This document shows positions 41,588 through 50,595 of a stretch of DNA of 64,000 nt, piece after piece. This DNA is from a virus: IMG/VR virus record IMGVR_UViG_3300042731_008016, positions 1 to 64,000 of that record; one strand, written 5' to 3'. The position numbers were made by a program, and so were the translations under genes. Below the pieces are notes generated by a model. It was not told where the DNA came from. It did no database searches and worked only from the letters and a program-made list of their open reading frames with translations. Numbering within the stretch: position 1 is the first letter of the stretch; the number at the start of each line of letters is the position of its first letter.

Positions 41588-41984
41588 CAATTAAATAAGT
41601 GACTATTGAGGCAGGTGTGTTAAGGCACGCTGAAATACGTTGTGTGTCGGTTCGGGCTGGGTGAGATAAGTCCAGATTGGGTAAGGCAGGTCAGTTAGGA
41701 TTTGGTAGATAGTGCAGCGATCAGATGAGCTCTGGAGGGATCAGGTTAGGTTTGGCAGGTAAGTTGGGTTGGGTTGGGTAGAGAATTGTTTAGTTACGGT
41801 CCGATAAGGCAGGTGTGATGGGTTTGGTTCCGATATGATGGAGTGCGGTTAGTTCTGGCAGGTGGGTTGGGCTGAAATGTGTCGGCAATGGACAGGTGGG
41901 TTATGGCAGGTGGAATTAGTTGCGATGTGTTCGGTTCAGGAGCGTTGCGATTAGGTGGGGTTTGATGTGTCACTTATTTAATTG
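41588..41984. repeat. Perfect 16-bp inverted repeat enclosing the array
   Basis: CAATTAAATAAGTGAC (41588-41603) / GTCACTTATTTAATTG (41969-41984). Confidence 0.9.
41610..41968 (+). ncRNA. Candidate guide-RNA array: six GGCA-headed units of G-n-T-N-N pentamers
   Basis: GGCAGGT at 41610, 41685, 41754, 41808, 41857 and 41905; 5-nt periodicity; no ORF in the track; strongly G/T biased. Confidence 0.75.
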
Positions 41985-42027
41985 AAAATTGTTAAAATAA
42001 AATTGTGTTAATTAATTAGGAGTAAAT

Positions 42028-42912
42028 ATGGAAGAACAAAAAATATTAATAGTTCCAATCGGCTCTATTAGACCAGATCCAGATCAACCAAGAAAAACAT
42101 TTCTTGATAGTCATATTAACAGTCTAGCTCAAAGCATAAAGCAAGAAGGATTCATAAATGAGATTGAAATTGATGTTAATAACATGATTGTTACTGGAGA
42201 ATGTAGATGGAGAGCTGCTAAAAAGCTTAATCTTACTGAAGTTCCGATAAAAATAAACGAAACACAGTTCACATCGTACACCAGATTACGAAGACAAATG
42301 GCTGAGAATGCCCACCAATCTGGGGCATCATACGAAAGAGCAATGAATCCTTTGGAAATAGCTGAGGGTTACGCTAGATTAATTAAGCTTAAAACTGGAA
42401 AAGATTGTCGGCCTGGCCAACAATCTCGTGAAGAATCTTACGGTTTAATAAAAGGGGTTGCCTCTGAATTAGGTCTCCATAGATCGACAGTTTATGAATA
42501 TTTAGAATTAATTGAACAACCAAAGGAACTTAAAAAAGCAATTGTCGAGAAGGGATTGCCACGAACTTATATTAGAGAAATTGAAAAAGCTCCTGAAGAA
42601 ATCAAACCAGCACTTCAGAAAAAAGCAGTTGAGGGTGGTTATTCAAGCAGAAGAGAAATCAAAGAAGACGTTAAGTTAGCCAAAGATCATCCCGATGTTG
42701 CTGAAAAAGTTATTCCTAGACAAACTCCAGAAGCAGCTAAAAAAGAATCTATTGGAGGAGGAAGGTTGCTTACTTGGATCAGTGAGGGAGTTTTGGCTTT
42801 GAGAGCAATTCCTAGAAGAGAAATAAGAATTGAAGAAAAAGGAGCAGTTGAACAACAGCTTGAATGGATAGTAGAAAAAATCAACGCTTGGCAGCGTGAT
42901 GAAAAAGTCTAA
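42028..42912 (+). CDS. ParB/Spo0J-like protein
   Basis: IRPDPDQPRKTF, IVTGECRWRAA, AEN, HTH (VASELGLHRSTV). Confidence 0.85.
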   Translation: MEEQKILIVPIGSIRPDPDQPRKTFLDSHINSLAQSIKQEGFINEIEIDVNNMIVTGECRWRAAKKLNLTEVPIKINETQFTSYTRLRRQMAENAHQSGASYERAMNPLEIAEGYARLIKLKTGKDCRPGQQSREESYGLIKGVASELGLHRSTVYEYLELIEQPKELKKAIVEKGLPRTYIREIEKAPEEIKPALQKKAVEGGYSSRREIKEDVKLAKDHPDVAEKVIPRQTPEAAKKESIGGGRLLTWISEGVLALRAIPRREIRIEEKGAVEQQLEWIVEKINAWQRDEKV

Positions 42913-42914
42913 AT

Positions 42915-43103
42915 ATGACTCAACCAGTGCCTTATGAGCAACCAAATAATAATCAGACAATGCAGATTTGTCAGAGGTGCTTTGAACATGTAGCTTTAAA
43001 AATCTGTGCTAAATGCGGTTGCCCACTTTGCACTGAATGTTGGCCTAAACATATTTGTAATCAACCAGATCTAGGAGATAAAGAAGACAAAATAATAAAC
43101 TAA
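42915..43103 (+). CDS. Small Zn-finger protein
   Basis: CQRC...CAKC...CTECWPKHIC. Confidence 0.55.
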   Translation: MTQPVPYEQPNNNQTMQICQRCFEHVALKICAKCGCPLCTECWPKHICNQPDLGDKEDKIIN

Positions 43104-43196
43104 TGTCAAAAAGCAAAAAGAAAAAAAACCTAACTAAAAAAAGGCGAAAACGCCTAAAAAAGAAAATTAGAAAAGAAAAGAAAAGAGGTGATGATT

Positions 43197-43541
43197 ATGT
43201 CAAAAGTTTATGTCAAACGAAACCTTAAATATTATAGTTGGTCAATTGAAAGTGAGGGTAATAACCTACCTTACTTAGTCATTCACGATAAAAGAAATGA
43301 CATCACTATTAAGATAGATAAGGTTTATACAATGTCTCTTCATAAATTTATTCCAAATTATTTGGACAAATTGAGAATACTTCAAGGTAAGTCACTGAGA
43401 ACCAAAATGTCCAAGATGAAAAAAAAGTATAAAGAATCAATGGCCAAACAAAAGGCAAAGGTAAAAGCTGTCAAAAATAGACAAGCCTCACTTTTCACAA
43501 AGGCCAGAAAGGTTAAAAATGAAAGAGAAACAAGAAGATAG
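43197..43541 (+). CDS. Basic hypothetical protein
   Basis: GAGGTG RBS. Confidence 0.5.
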   Translation: MSKVYVKRNLKYYSWSIESEGNNLPYLVIHDKRNDITIKIDKVYTMSLHKFIPNYLDKLRILQGKSLRTKMSKMKKKYKESMAKQKAKVKAVKNRQASLFTKARKVKNERETRR

Positions 43542-43594
43542 AATAAGAGATTTTTGTGAAATATGGGCAAGCAGTAATAAAGATATAAAAAACT

Positions 43595-43624
43595 ATGAAA
43601 ATATTCGCAGTTGGAGATAAGTAA
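43595..43624 (+). pseudogene. Stub of the metallophosphoesterase 5' end (MKIFAVGDK*)
   Basis: Matches RIFCVGD of the downstream phosphatase. Confidence 0.6.
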
Positions 43625-43625
43625 T

Positions 43626-44264
43626 ATGAAAAATATTTATATTATTCAAGATGATAATATTAGAGTTCTTTTTGGAACTCTTTTAGGCGATGCTTATTTC
43701 CCTAAATTGGCATTTAAACAACAAAATAGAAAAATAGCATGGGAACATACTGATAAACAAAGAGATTACGCTATTTGGAAAGCAAGAAGAATTGGATTTC
43801 AATGGAATAAATATGAAAGAAAAAGACTTGATAAAAGAACCAATAAAACATATAAATCAATTACGATAGTATTACGGGCAAATGAATCGTTTAATAAGAT
43901 TTACAAAATCTTTTGTCCAAAAAGCAAGAAGATAGTTACAAATGATATTCTAAGTTATTTATCTAAAGAAGCTGTTGCTATTTGGTATTGTGATGATGGG
44001 AATTTATATCAAAATAAAGATACTAATCATTTAACATTATCTATACAATCTTTTAAAAATAAACAGTTAATTATTGACTTCTTTAAAAGAAAATTTAGTG
44101 TTAATTTTAAATTAAATGATGGAGCAATTAGATTAGTTAATAAAAACGAGATCAGAAAATTTATTGATTCAATAAAACCTTATGTTCCAATCATGATGCA
44201 ATACAAAATAGATTTTGTTGATTATAAAACGTATAAAGGACGATATTATGGTAAAGACAGATAG
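43626..44264 (+). CDS. Free-standing LAGLIDADG homing endonuclease
   Basis: [10 protein letters not shown] and AIWYCDDG motifs. Confidence 0.85.
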   Translation: MKNIYIIQDDNIRVLFGTLLGDAYFPKLAFKQQNRKIAWEHTDKQRDYAIWKARRIGFQWNKYERKRLDKRTNKTYKSITIVLRANESFNKIYKIFCPKSKKIVTNDILSYLSKEAVAIWYCDDGNLYQNKDTNHLTLSIQSFKNKQLIIDFFKRKFSVNFKLNDGAIRLVNKNEIRKFIDSIKPYVPIMMQYKIDFVDYKTYKGRYYGKDR

Positions 44265-45012
44265 AATTTTTTGCGTGGGCGACATCCATGGTTGTTACAC
44301 TGAGCTAATGTTGCTCATGGAGAAGCTACCAATCAATCCAGAAAAAGACCAGGTAGTTTTCCTAGGAGACTATATTGATAGGGGACCTGATTCAAAAAAA
44401 GTTGTTGAGCAATTAATCAAGTGGAAGAAGAAATACCCCCATTGGGTATTCTTGTGTGGTAATCATGAAGATATTTTTTATGACTATTTAGTTAGAAGTG
44501 GAGCTTTGTATGGTTTTCAAAACTGGTTTGTTAATGGTGGAAAAATTACTTACCAAAATTATGGAGGCCATTTTGGAGCTAAAGTATATGACAAAGAGTT
44601 AAAAAAAGTCGTTTTTGAGGCACCTAGACCTGCCGATTTTCCCAAGGAACATCTAGATTTTCTATTTAAGGAACTTCCATTCACTTATGAGACAGAAGAT
44701 TACTTTTTTGTTCATGGTGGTGTAATTCCTGAAGCTTCCCTGGAAGAAAGTAAAAAGCATTGGAAAACTATGCTGTGGGCTCGGGACGGTTTTATTGATA
44801 GTGAATACGATTGGGGGAAAAAGATTATCTTTGGTCATACTCCAGCTTATAAAAAGGAATGGGGTGTATTTGGCCAACCAATCATTATGAAAAATAAAAT
44901 AGGTCTTGATGGAGCTTGTTGCCCAGGAGCATGTAAAAACTTAATTGCTGTTGAGCTTCCTTCAGAGAAATTCTATTTACAGGAGAATGTAACATGCAAA
45001 AAAGAAAAATAG
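44248..45012 (+). CDS. Ser/Thr protein phosphatase-like metallophosphoesterase
   Basis: GDIHG, GDYIDRG, GNHE, FVHGG, FGHT. Confidence 0.92.
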   Translation: MVKTDRIFCVGDIHGCYTELMLLMEKLPINPEKDQVVFLGDYIDRGPDSKKVVEQLIKWKKKYPHWVFLCGNHEDIFYDYLVRSGALYGFQNWFVNGGKITYQNYGGHFGAKVYDKELKKVVFEAPRPADFPKEHLDFLFKELPFTYETEDYFFVHGGVIPEASLEESKKHWKTMLWARDGFIDSEYDWGKKIIFGHTPAYKKEWGVFGQPIIMKNKIGLDGACCPGACKNLIAVELPSEKFYLQENVTCKKEK

Positions 45013-45371
45013 TTACCAATCACCAGATATCTGTTTTTAAAATCAGAATAGATATAATTCAAGAACATGCTATTGGTTTTGAATTATTTGCTGGAGATAA
45101 AGTTAAAGATACCTATGTCAATGTTGTTGCCAAAGGTGGCTATGGAACTCAAGCAAGACTTTTGTTAACCCCGAAACAATTTTCGGATTTTGCCATTAGA
45201 ACAATTTCTTATGTTTATTTAGGGTTTTCAAGACCGTTAACTGATAATGAACTGATGATTTTGTGGGAATTGAGATTAAATATTTTTGACGTTGAGAACC
45301 AGCAAATATCAGGATCAATATTTGATAACTACAGAGAAAAGATTAAAAGATACAGTTCCAAGAAAGGATAA
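44994..45371 (+). CDS. Hypothetical protein
   Basis: AGGAG RBS. Confidence 0.55.
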   Translation: MQKRKIVTNHQISVFKIRIDIIQEHAIGFELFAGDKVKDTYVNVVAKGGYGTQARLLLTPKQFSDFAIRTISYVYLGFSRPLTDNELMILWELRLNIFDVENQQISGSIFDNYREKIKRYSSKKG

Positions 45372-45375
45372 GACA

Positions 45376-45987
45376 ATGACTAATAATATGGTACCGTCAA
45401 AAAGTAATCCAATTACTTTAGACCCAAACTTTTTAAACAACGCACAGGATTGGGAGGACTTTGTTAGCCTTTGGATGGTGTCCAAGGAAATTGATGTTCG
45501 TAACCAATGGTTTAAAGGTGATATTGCCAACAGAGTTGCCGTTGTTCATGGAGAGGGTAGTTTAAGAAAATTTGCCCAAGAAGTAGGTGAATCGCTCAGA
45601 ACCGTGGAACATTATAGACGTGTTTCTCGTGCTTTCACTGGCAACGATAGGCTACTCAATCTCAGCTGGACCCATTATTTGATTGCTTCATTCTCTGATT
45701 CATACAAAAAAGGAGAAGGAAAGTTTGATGGCACTGACAGGCTTAAATGGATTGAAAAAGCCAATGATGAGGGTTGGTCAACTACTAGACTTGTAGCAGA
45801 AATTAAAAAGGCAGGAGCTATTGCTGATAAACAAAGTGTCTATGCTTACTACAACGATTACTTTGACAAACTAAAAAATATTCTGATGCACATTGAGAAA
45901 GATTCACTCACTGATAAGGAAAAATCAAAGTTAGTTGCAAAGCTCACAGATACCTTAATTGAGTTCAAAAACTACCTTAAATCCTAA
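45376..45987 (+). CDS. Putative DNA-binding protein
   Basis: WFKGD...LRKFAQEVG HTH-like, LSWTHY, GWSTTRL. Confidence 0.55.
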   Translation: MTNNMVPSKSNPITLDPNFLNNAQDWEDFVSLWMVSKEIDVRNQWFKGDIANRVAVVHGEGSLRKFAQEVGESLRTVEHYRRVSRAFTGNDRLLNLSWTHYLIASFSDSYKKGEGKFDGTDRLKWIEKANDEGWSTTRLVAEIKKAGAIADKQSVYAYYNDYFDKLKNILMHIEKDSLTDKEKSKLVAKLTDTLIEFKNYLKS

Positions 45988-46052
45988 GGGGGGTTGTTAT
46001 TGATTTTTGTTTAGTTTTTTGGTATAATATAATTTAGAAAATTAAGAGAATT

Positions 46053-46988
46053 ATGGACCAAAAAGAAGCTAAAAAACTACTAAACGATATTAAAACGGGG
46101 AAGCATCAAACCTTGAGAATGAATGATACATTTCAATTTAAGTGTACTAGCTGTGGAAAGTGTTGTTTCAATAATGAAGTCTTACTAAATTGTTATGATC
46201 TTATTAGATTGAGGCATGGTTTAAGAGCGTCCACTAACGATATTCTCCAACAAAAACTTATTTCATTTCATATCGGACCATCATCAGGATTACCAGTCTG
46301 CATGATTAATTTTATGGATCTTGCTTCTAGAATGTCAAAGTGTCCGTTTTTAGCACCAGCTATTAAGGCTGACGTTAATAAAAGAAGCAAGTCTGAAATG
46401 AAAAGGGTATTGGCACAAGGAGCCGAAATTGAAAAATGGTTATGTGCTATTCACAAAGATCGTCCATTAGCTTGTAGATTCTATCCATGTGGTCGGATTA
46501 AGAAAATTAACAACAAAACTGGTAACGTAAAATCTACTTTTATACTCCAAGATATCGCCGATTTCTGTCCAGGATTCAAAGAAAAACAAAAACAAACATT
46601 AAAGCAATATTTGAAGGAATCTGACTTTAAGCAGTATGACGCTGGGAGTGCTAAATACGCTTCGTTGATGGAAAGACTGATATCATCGGGTTTTTTTATA
46701 CCCACCAAACACAACAAATCGGGATCCAATGACCAAAAACCATTATTGACCGATAAATCAAGGATTCTTTTTTTACTAGCGAACACAATGTACAACTTCG
46801 ATTCGTTCAATTATTTCAGTAACGATGAACGAGTCCTTAAAACGATCAATGATCCTGATGCAAATCACGATGATTTTATGTATGTCTTCACTAAAATCAT
46901 TAAAATGGTAGAGCATTTGATTAAGCTCTATAAAGAAAATGATGAAGATGAAGAAGCCGTTTATAAATTAATTAATAGTCAAAACTAA
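46053..46988 (+). CDS. YkgJ-family CxxCxxCC (Fe-S/Zn) protein
   Basis: FKCTSCGKCC, CPFL, CAIHKDRPLACRFYP, FCPG. Confidence 0.8.
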   Translation: MDQKEAKKLLNDIKTGKHQTLRMNDTFQFKCTSCGKCCFNNEVLLNCYDLIRLRHGLRASTNDILQQKLISFHIGPSSGLPVCMINFMDLASRMSKCPFLAPAIKADVNKRSKSEMKRVLAQGAEIEKWLCAIHKDRPLACRFYPCGRIKKINNKTGNVKSTFILQDIADFCPGFKEKQKQTLKQYLKESDFKQYDAGSAKYASLMERLISSGFFIPTKHNKSGSNDQKPLLTDKSRILFLLANTMYNFDSFNYFSNDERVLKTINDPDANHDDFMYVFTKIIKMVEHLIKLYKENDEDEEAVYKLINSQN

Positions 46989-47001
46989 GGAGGTGGATAA
47001 T

Positions 47002-47892
47002 ATGCCAACAAAAAAGACTAAAACCAAAAAAGATAAAAAAGTAAACGTTCCAGTCAACGCCGAAGAAGAAAGTAATGTTGAACTGTCACCTTACGAAGCA
47101 ATGGATTTAGCTGATGAAGCTCAAATCATTGATGAATTAGAGGGAAAGCTATCGCCAATCGATATGGAAACATTCGTTTACAGTTTCATGGACAAATCGA
47201 CTGGTAAGGAAATTACTGGCCTTTCATGGAAAGGTACTAAAGCAACTTGGTGGGAACTTAACAGTCGTAAGTTAACTGATATGACAGTTACAAAAGACGT
47301 AAAGATCACTCAGGGTGAAGGATATGTTGATGTCGCAGTTTATGCCTATGATAATAAACGAAAAATTGGTGCTTGGGGAATGGCTCGTGGCTATACAAGT
47401 ATGCAAACCAGAAATGGTTCGATGGTAGATAGATTTGCTTCAGCTAAAGCAATGAGCAAGGCTCAACGAAATGCTTTGAATCAATTGTTCCCATCAGAAT
47501 TAGTAGCGAAACTCATTAAAGAGTGGATCGATAAAGGCCATGCCAAAAAGCTCAGTCCTCAATCTACAGCTCAAACTAGGCAGAGAGTAGTACATTCAAG
47601 TCAAGTAAGAAGTGGTCCTAGCCAAGAAAATTTGATGAACAAGTACGGGATGGACACTAAACAGGTGCCACCAAAATGTCCTAGCTGTGGCGCTACTATG
47701 AGGATCATTGAAAGAAAAGATAAAACTGGAATTTTCTGGAGTTGTCCAAACTGGAGAACCAAAGGTTGCAAGGGATATAGTATCGATGAAGTCGATTTAG
47801 ACGGAACCATTACTATGAAAAAGAAGTCTGCTCCTAAAAAGCAGGCACCCAAAACAACAGCAGAAGATGTAGCAGACGACATTCCGTTCTAG
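47002..47892 (+). CDS. Putative ssDNA-annealing/recombination protein with C4 zinc ribbon
   Basis: KAMSKAQRNAL, CPSCG...FWSCPNW...C, C-terminal DDIPF. Confidence 0.6.
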   Translation: MPTKKTKTKKDKKVNVPVNAEEESNVELSPYEAMDLADEAQIIDELEGKLSPIDMETFVYSFMDKSTGKEITGLSWKGTKATWWELNSRKLTDMTVTKDVKITQGEGYVDVAVYAYDNKRKIGAWGMARGYTSMQTRNGSMVDRFASAKAMSKAQRNALNQLFPSELVAKLIKEWIDKGHAKKLSPQSTAQTRQRVVHSSQVRSGPSQENLMNKYGMDTKQVPPKCPSCGATMRIIERKDKTGIFWSCPNWRTKGCKGYSIDEVDLDGTITMKKKSAPKKQAPKTTAEDVADDIPF

Positions 47893-47897
47893 AAATC

Positions 47898-47929
47898 AGG
47901 GGGTTTTGTTTAAGCTCACAAGACCCCCT
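47898..47929 (+). terminator. Hairpin/terminator
   Basis: AGGGGGTTTTGT...ACAAGACCCCCT. Confidence 0.5.
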
Positions 47930-48104
47930 TCTTGTGGAGACGAAATGAAAACGAAAAAGAAAATTATTAAAAAGTTTAAGTTCGACAGATGCTATAAATG
48001 CAAACGTCTAATTTGGCCATGGGAAAAAAGAGTATTTATTGGTGTAGATTTTGCTCACCACTCGTCTAGCTTTATAGCCTGTTTTAAACATTCAAAGGAG
48101 AATA

Positions 48105-48362
48105 ATGAAACAAAGAATAACTAAATATGGAGAATTAGTTGTCATTGTCACTAAAGATAATGGTTATTGGCACCTGAGTGTTTCTCATAGAAATCGCTAT
48201 CCCACCTGGGATGAAATTAAAGATGTCCGTTATAAATTCCTCCCGAATGAAATTACGGTTGGTCTTTTATTGCCTCCAAAAGAGGAGTACGTGAATGTCC
48301 ACCCTAATTGTTTCCACTTATGGGAAGTTCGATGTGAGGGTGAAAGGATAACTAGCCTATGA
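48105..48362 (+). CDS. Conserved phage protein
   Basis: WHLSVSHRNRYPTWDEI...YVNVHPNCFHLW. Confidence 0.65.
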   Translation: MKQRITKYGELVVIVTKDNGYWHLSVSHRNRYPTWDEIKDVRYKFLPNEITVGLLLPPKEEYVNVHPNCFHLWEVRCEGERITSL

Positions 48363-49180
48363 CAAAATTTCCAGGATTCCCAAAAGAACCCGCGACAAAT
48401 TATTGGCCATACCCGAAAGCCTTAAATGGCTGGTGGCATATATTAAGCGGGGCTGAACAAAAAATTTTGGATTATATTTTGAGACATACGTGGGGTTTTA
48501 AAAAGAATGCTGATTTTATTTCTTACTCACAATTTAAAGAAGGTGTTAGGGGATGCGATAAAGGATGTGGACTTAAAAGCGATACTACAATAGCAAAAGC
48601 GCTTGAAGGTTTAGAAAGTAAAGGATTTATTAATAGAAGTGGTGGTAAACCTCAGAGTGGAAAAACCCGAAGATATACATTAACTTTTCTAGGTACTCCA
48701 GAAAATGAAGAACTCTTTAATAGTTCTTCAAAAAATGGAGAAGGTTCTCCAGAAAATGAAGAAGGTTCTTCAGAAAATGGAGATACAATAAAGGATTTAT
48801 CAATAAAGGATATTATCAATAATAATAATATATATAAGAAAAATAGCCCTCAACAAAATATTTGGCTTCATTATTGCAATAAATTCCAAAGAGATCCTAA
48901 AAGATATAAACTCTCAGCAAAGAGAATTAAAAAAATTAACTACAGATTAAAAGAATTTAGTGAAGCAGCAATTATAAAGGCAATCACTAATGCTTCAGAG
49001 GATTATTTTTACTCTGGAAACAATAACAGAGGATGGACCGCTGACCTTGATTATATTACCAGAAACTATGAAATTATGGAGCGCTTATATAATCTAAAGC
49101 CAAGAAAAACAAATGTAGATTACCAATCTCCTAAAAATGTGACCATCGCTAAAAAGAAAGGAAAATATGCAAACTTCTAA
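48359..49180 (+). CDS. Phage replication initiator (lambda O-like wHTH)
   Basis: LSGAEQKILDYILRHTWGFKK..D.IS.SQF; internal iterons; adjacent DnaC-like gene. Confidence 0.8.
   Translation: MTKFPGFPKEPATNYWPYPKALNGWWHILSGAEQKILDYILRHTWGFKKNADFISYSQFKEGVRGCDKGCGLKSDTTIAKALEGLESKGFINRSGGKPQSGKTRRYTLTFLGTPENEELFNSSSKNGEGSPENEEGSSENGDTIKDLSIKDIINNNNIYKKNSPQQNIWLHYCNKFQRDPKRYKLSAKRIKKINYRLKEFSEAAIIKAITNASEDYFYSGNNNRGWTADLDYITRNYEIMERLYNLKPRKTNVDYQSPKNVTIAKKKGKYANF
48693..48840. repeat. Probable replication origin: 21-bp iterons plus AT-rich tract
   Basis: GTWCTYCARAAAATGRAGA at 48693, 48723, 48744 and 48765; then CAATAAAGGAT twice and an AT-rich run. Confidence 0.65.
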
Positions 49181-49853
49181 CGATAAAAAAACTATAATTT
49201 GTGAGCTTTGTGAAAAACCTTACGAAGTTGATTCCTGGGAATTAGGTTATAAAAAAATTCTTGGTCATCCAGAATGTGAAGAAAAAATTAAAAGACATAC
49301 TCGAATTGGAATTGATAAAAGATTTTGGAATTTACCTAAATTTAAAATAGAAAAAGACAACGCCAAAGCTTTTAAAGCTGTAGAGCAATTTATTAAAAAT
49401 CCTGGAAAAATTGGTTTATTTTTATACGGAGATGCTGGAAGTGGAAAAACTCATTTGGCAGTAAAGATAGCTCAAGAAATTAAGTTAAATACTAAGTTTG
49501 TTAAAACATCAAAATTATTACTTGAAATGAAAAGCAATTTTGACGGCAAAAGCTGGGAAAACGAAGCTATGGTTAAAAAGCTGTCTGAAATTGATTTATT
49601 AATTTTAGATGATTTGGGAGCTGAAAAAACAACTGAATGGGTAGCTGAAACATTTTATTTACTCATAGATGAGCGATATGGGAAAATGCTCCCAATTGTA
49701 ATTACGAGCAACCTTTCTCTTGAAGAAATTGAAAAAAGATTTGGAGATAGAATTTGTTCCAGAATTACAGAAATGTGTCAAGTAATTAAAATAGATTCTG
49801 AAGATGCGAGAATCAAGAAAAATAAACAAATATCAGTTGCCGATATTAATTAA
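49167..49853 (+). CDS. DnaC/IstB-like helicase loader
   Basis: GDAGSGKTHLA, LLILDDLGAE, ITSNL, RICSRI. Confidence 0.9.
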   Translation: MQTSNDKKTIICELCEKPYEVDSWELGYKKILGHPECEEKIKRHTRIGIDKRFWNLPKFKIEKDNAKAFKAVEQFIKNPGKIGLFLYGDAGSGKTHLAVKIAQEIKLNTKFVKTSKLLLEMKSNFDGKSWENEAMVKKLSEIDLLILDDLGAEKTTEWVAETFYLLIDERYGKMLPIVITSNLSLEEIEKRFGDRICSRITEMCQVIKIDSEDARIKKNKQISVADIN

Positions 49854-49935
49854 ATTGGTATTATTGGAAAAATGAAAGGAGTTGTTCGCAGATTTATTGA
49901 TTCAAAAGGGGATTTATGGTATAATATATTTAAAT

Positions 49936-50301
49936 ATGCCTTACGGAAAAGTACCATACGACCCAATAATAGATAGCTTTAGATGTGAATACCCTGTAAA
50001 AGATAGTAGCGGGAACGATGTTCCCTGTGGAAAATGGTGTAGAGATCTTGCAAGACATATTACTAGACATCACAAGATAACTGTTAGAGAATATAAGCAA
50101 ATGTTTGGATTAAACATGAATGCTTCTTTAATCTCAAAATCAACAAAAGAAAAACTTAGACAGGCTGTACAAAAACATAAAACTTATGTTAATTTAGAAA
50201 AAGGCAAAAAATATAGATTCAAAAAGGGTGAAACAACAGTTCAAAATTACAAACGCAGTGCACAAACAAAATCTCGCTTGAGAAAACTTCGCTCTAAATG
50301 A
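49936..50301 (+). CDS. Zn-finger DNA-binding protein (MucR/Ros-like)
   Basis: CGKW..DLARHITRHHKITVREYKQMFGL. Confidence 0.6.
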   Translation: MPYGKVPYDPIIDSFRCEYPVKDSSGNDVPCGKWCRDLARHITRHHKITVREYKQMFGLNMNASLISKSTKEKLRQAVQKHKTYVNLEKGKKYRFKKGETTVQNYKRSAQTKSRLRKLRSK

Positions 50302-50334
50302 TATAATTAATTAAGAAAAATTAGGAGAATAATT

Positions 50335-50595
50335 ATGGAAAATGATAATAAAAATTATGAGACTACGAATTTCCACATTTGCGTTTGGTTGCAAATGAAT
50401 GGGATTCATTTAAAAGATGTCGACTGGGCAAATAAACGTAGGGCGAAATTTATATTTGACGATTTTGAAGATAGGGAACTTTTGGTAAGTAATTTTTTCA
50501 AACAAGAACAATTGCAAAATTATATTTCTGTGTCACAAGAAACAAAGGCACGAATGTATGCTGTGAATCCACCAGTCGAATATGAGCGATCTTAA
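50335..50595 (+). CDS. DUF5659-like protein
   Basis: YETTNFHICVWL...RAKFIF. Confidence 0.5.
   Translation: MENDNKNYETTNFHICVWLQMNGIHLKDVDWANKRRAKFIFDDFEDRELLVSNFFKQEQLQNYISVSQETKARMYAVNPPVEYERS

Noticed and set aside
41610-41968. Canonical CRISPR array
   Set aside because: The conserved part is only 7 nt, unit lengths vary from 48 to 75 nt, the 'spacers' are internally periodic, and there are no cas1/cas2 genes.
41610-41968. Simple microsatellite, G-quadruplex or unannotated coding region
   Set aside because: Only one short (GGGTT)n run exists, variation concentrates at pentamer positions 4-5, a 5-nt period does not fit codons, and the track shows no ORF.
43595-44290. Group I intron in the phosphatase gene
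   Set aside because: The endonuclease ORF fills the whole interval, leaving no room for a ribozyme core, and the downstream gene has its own start.
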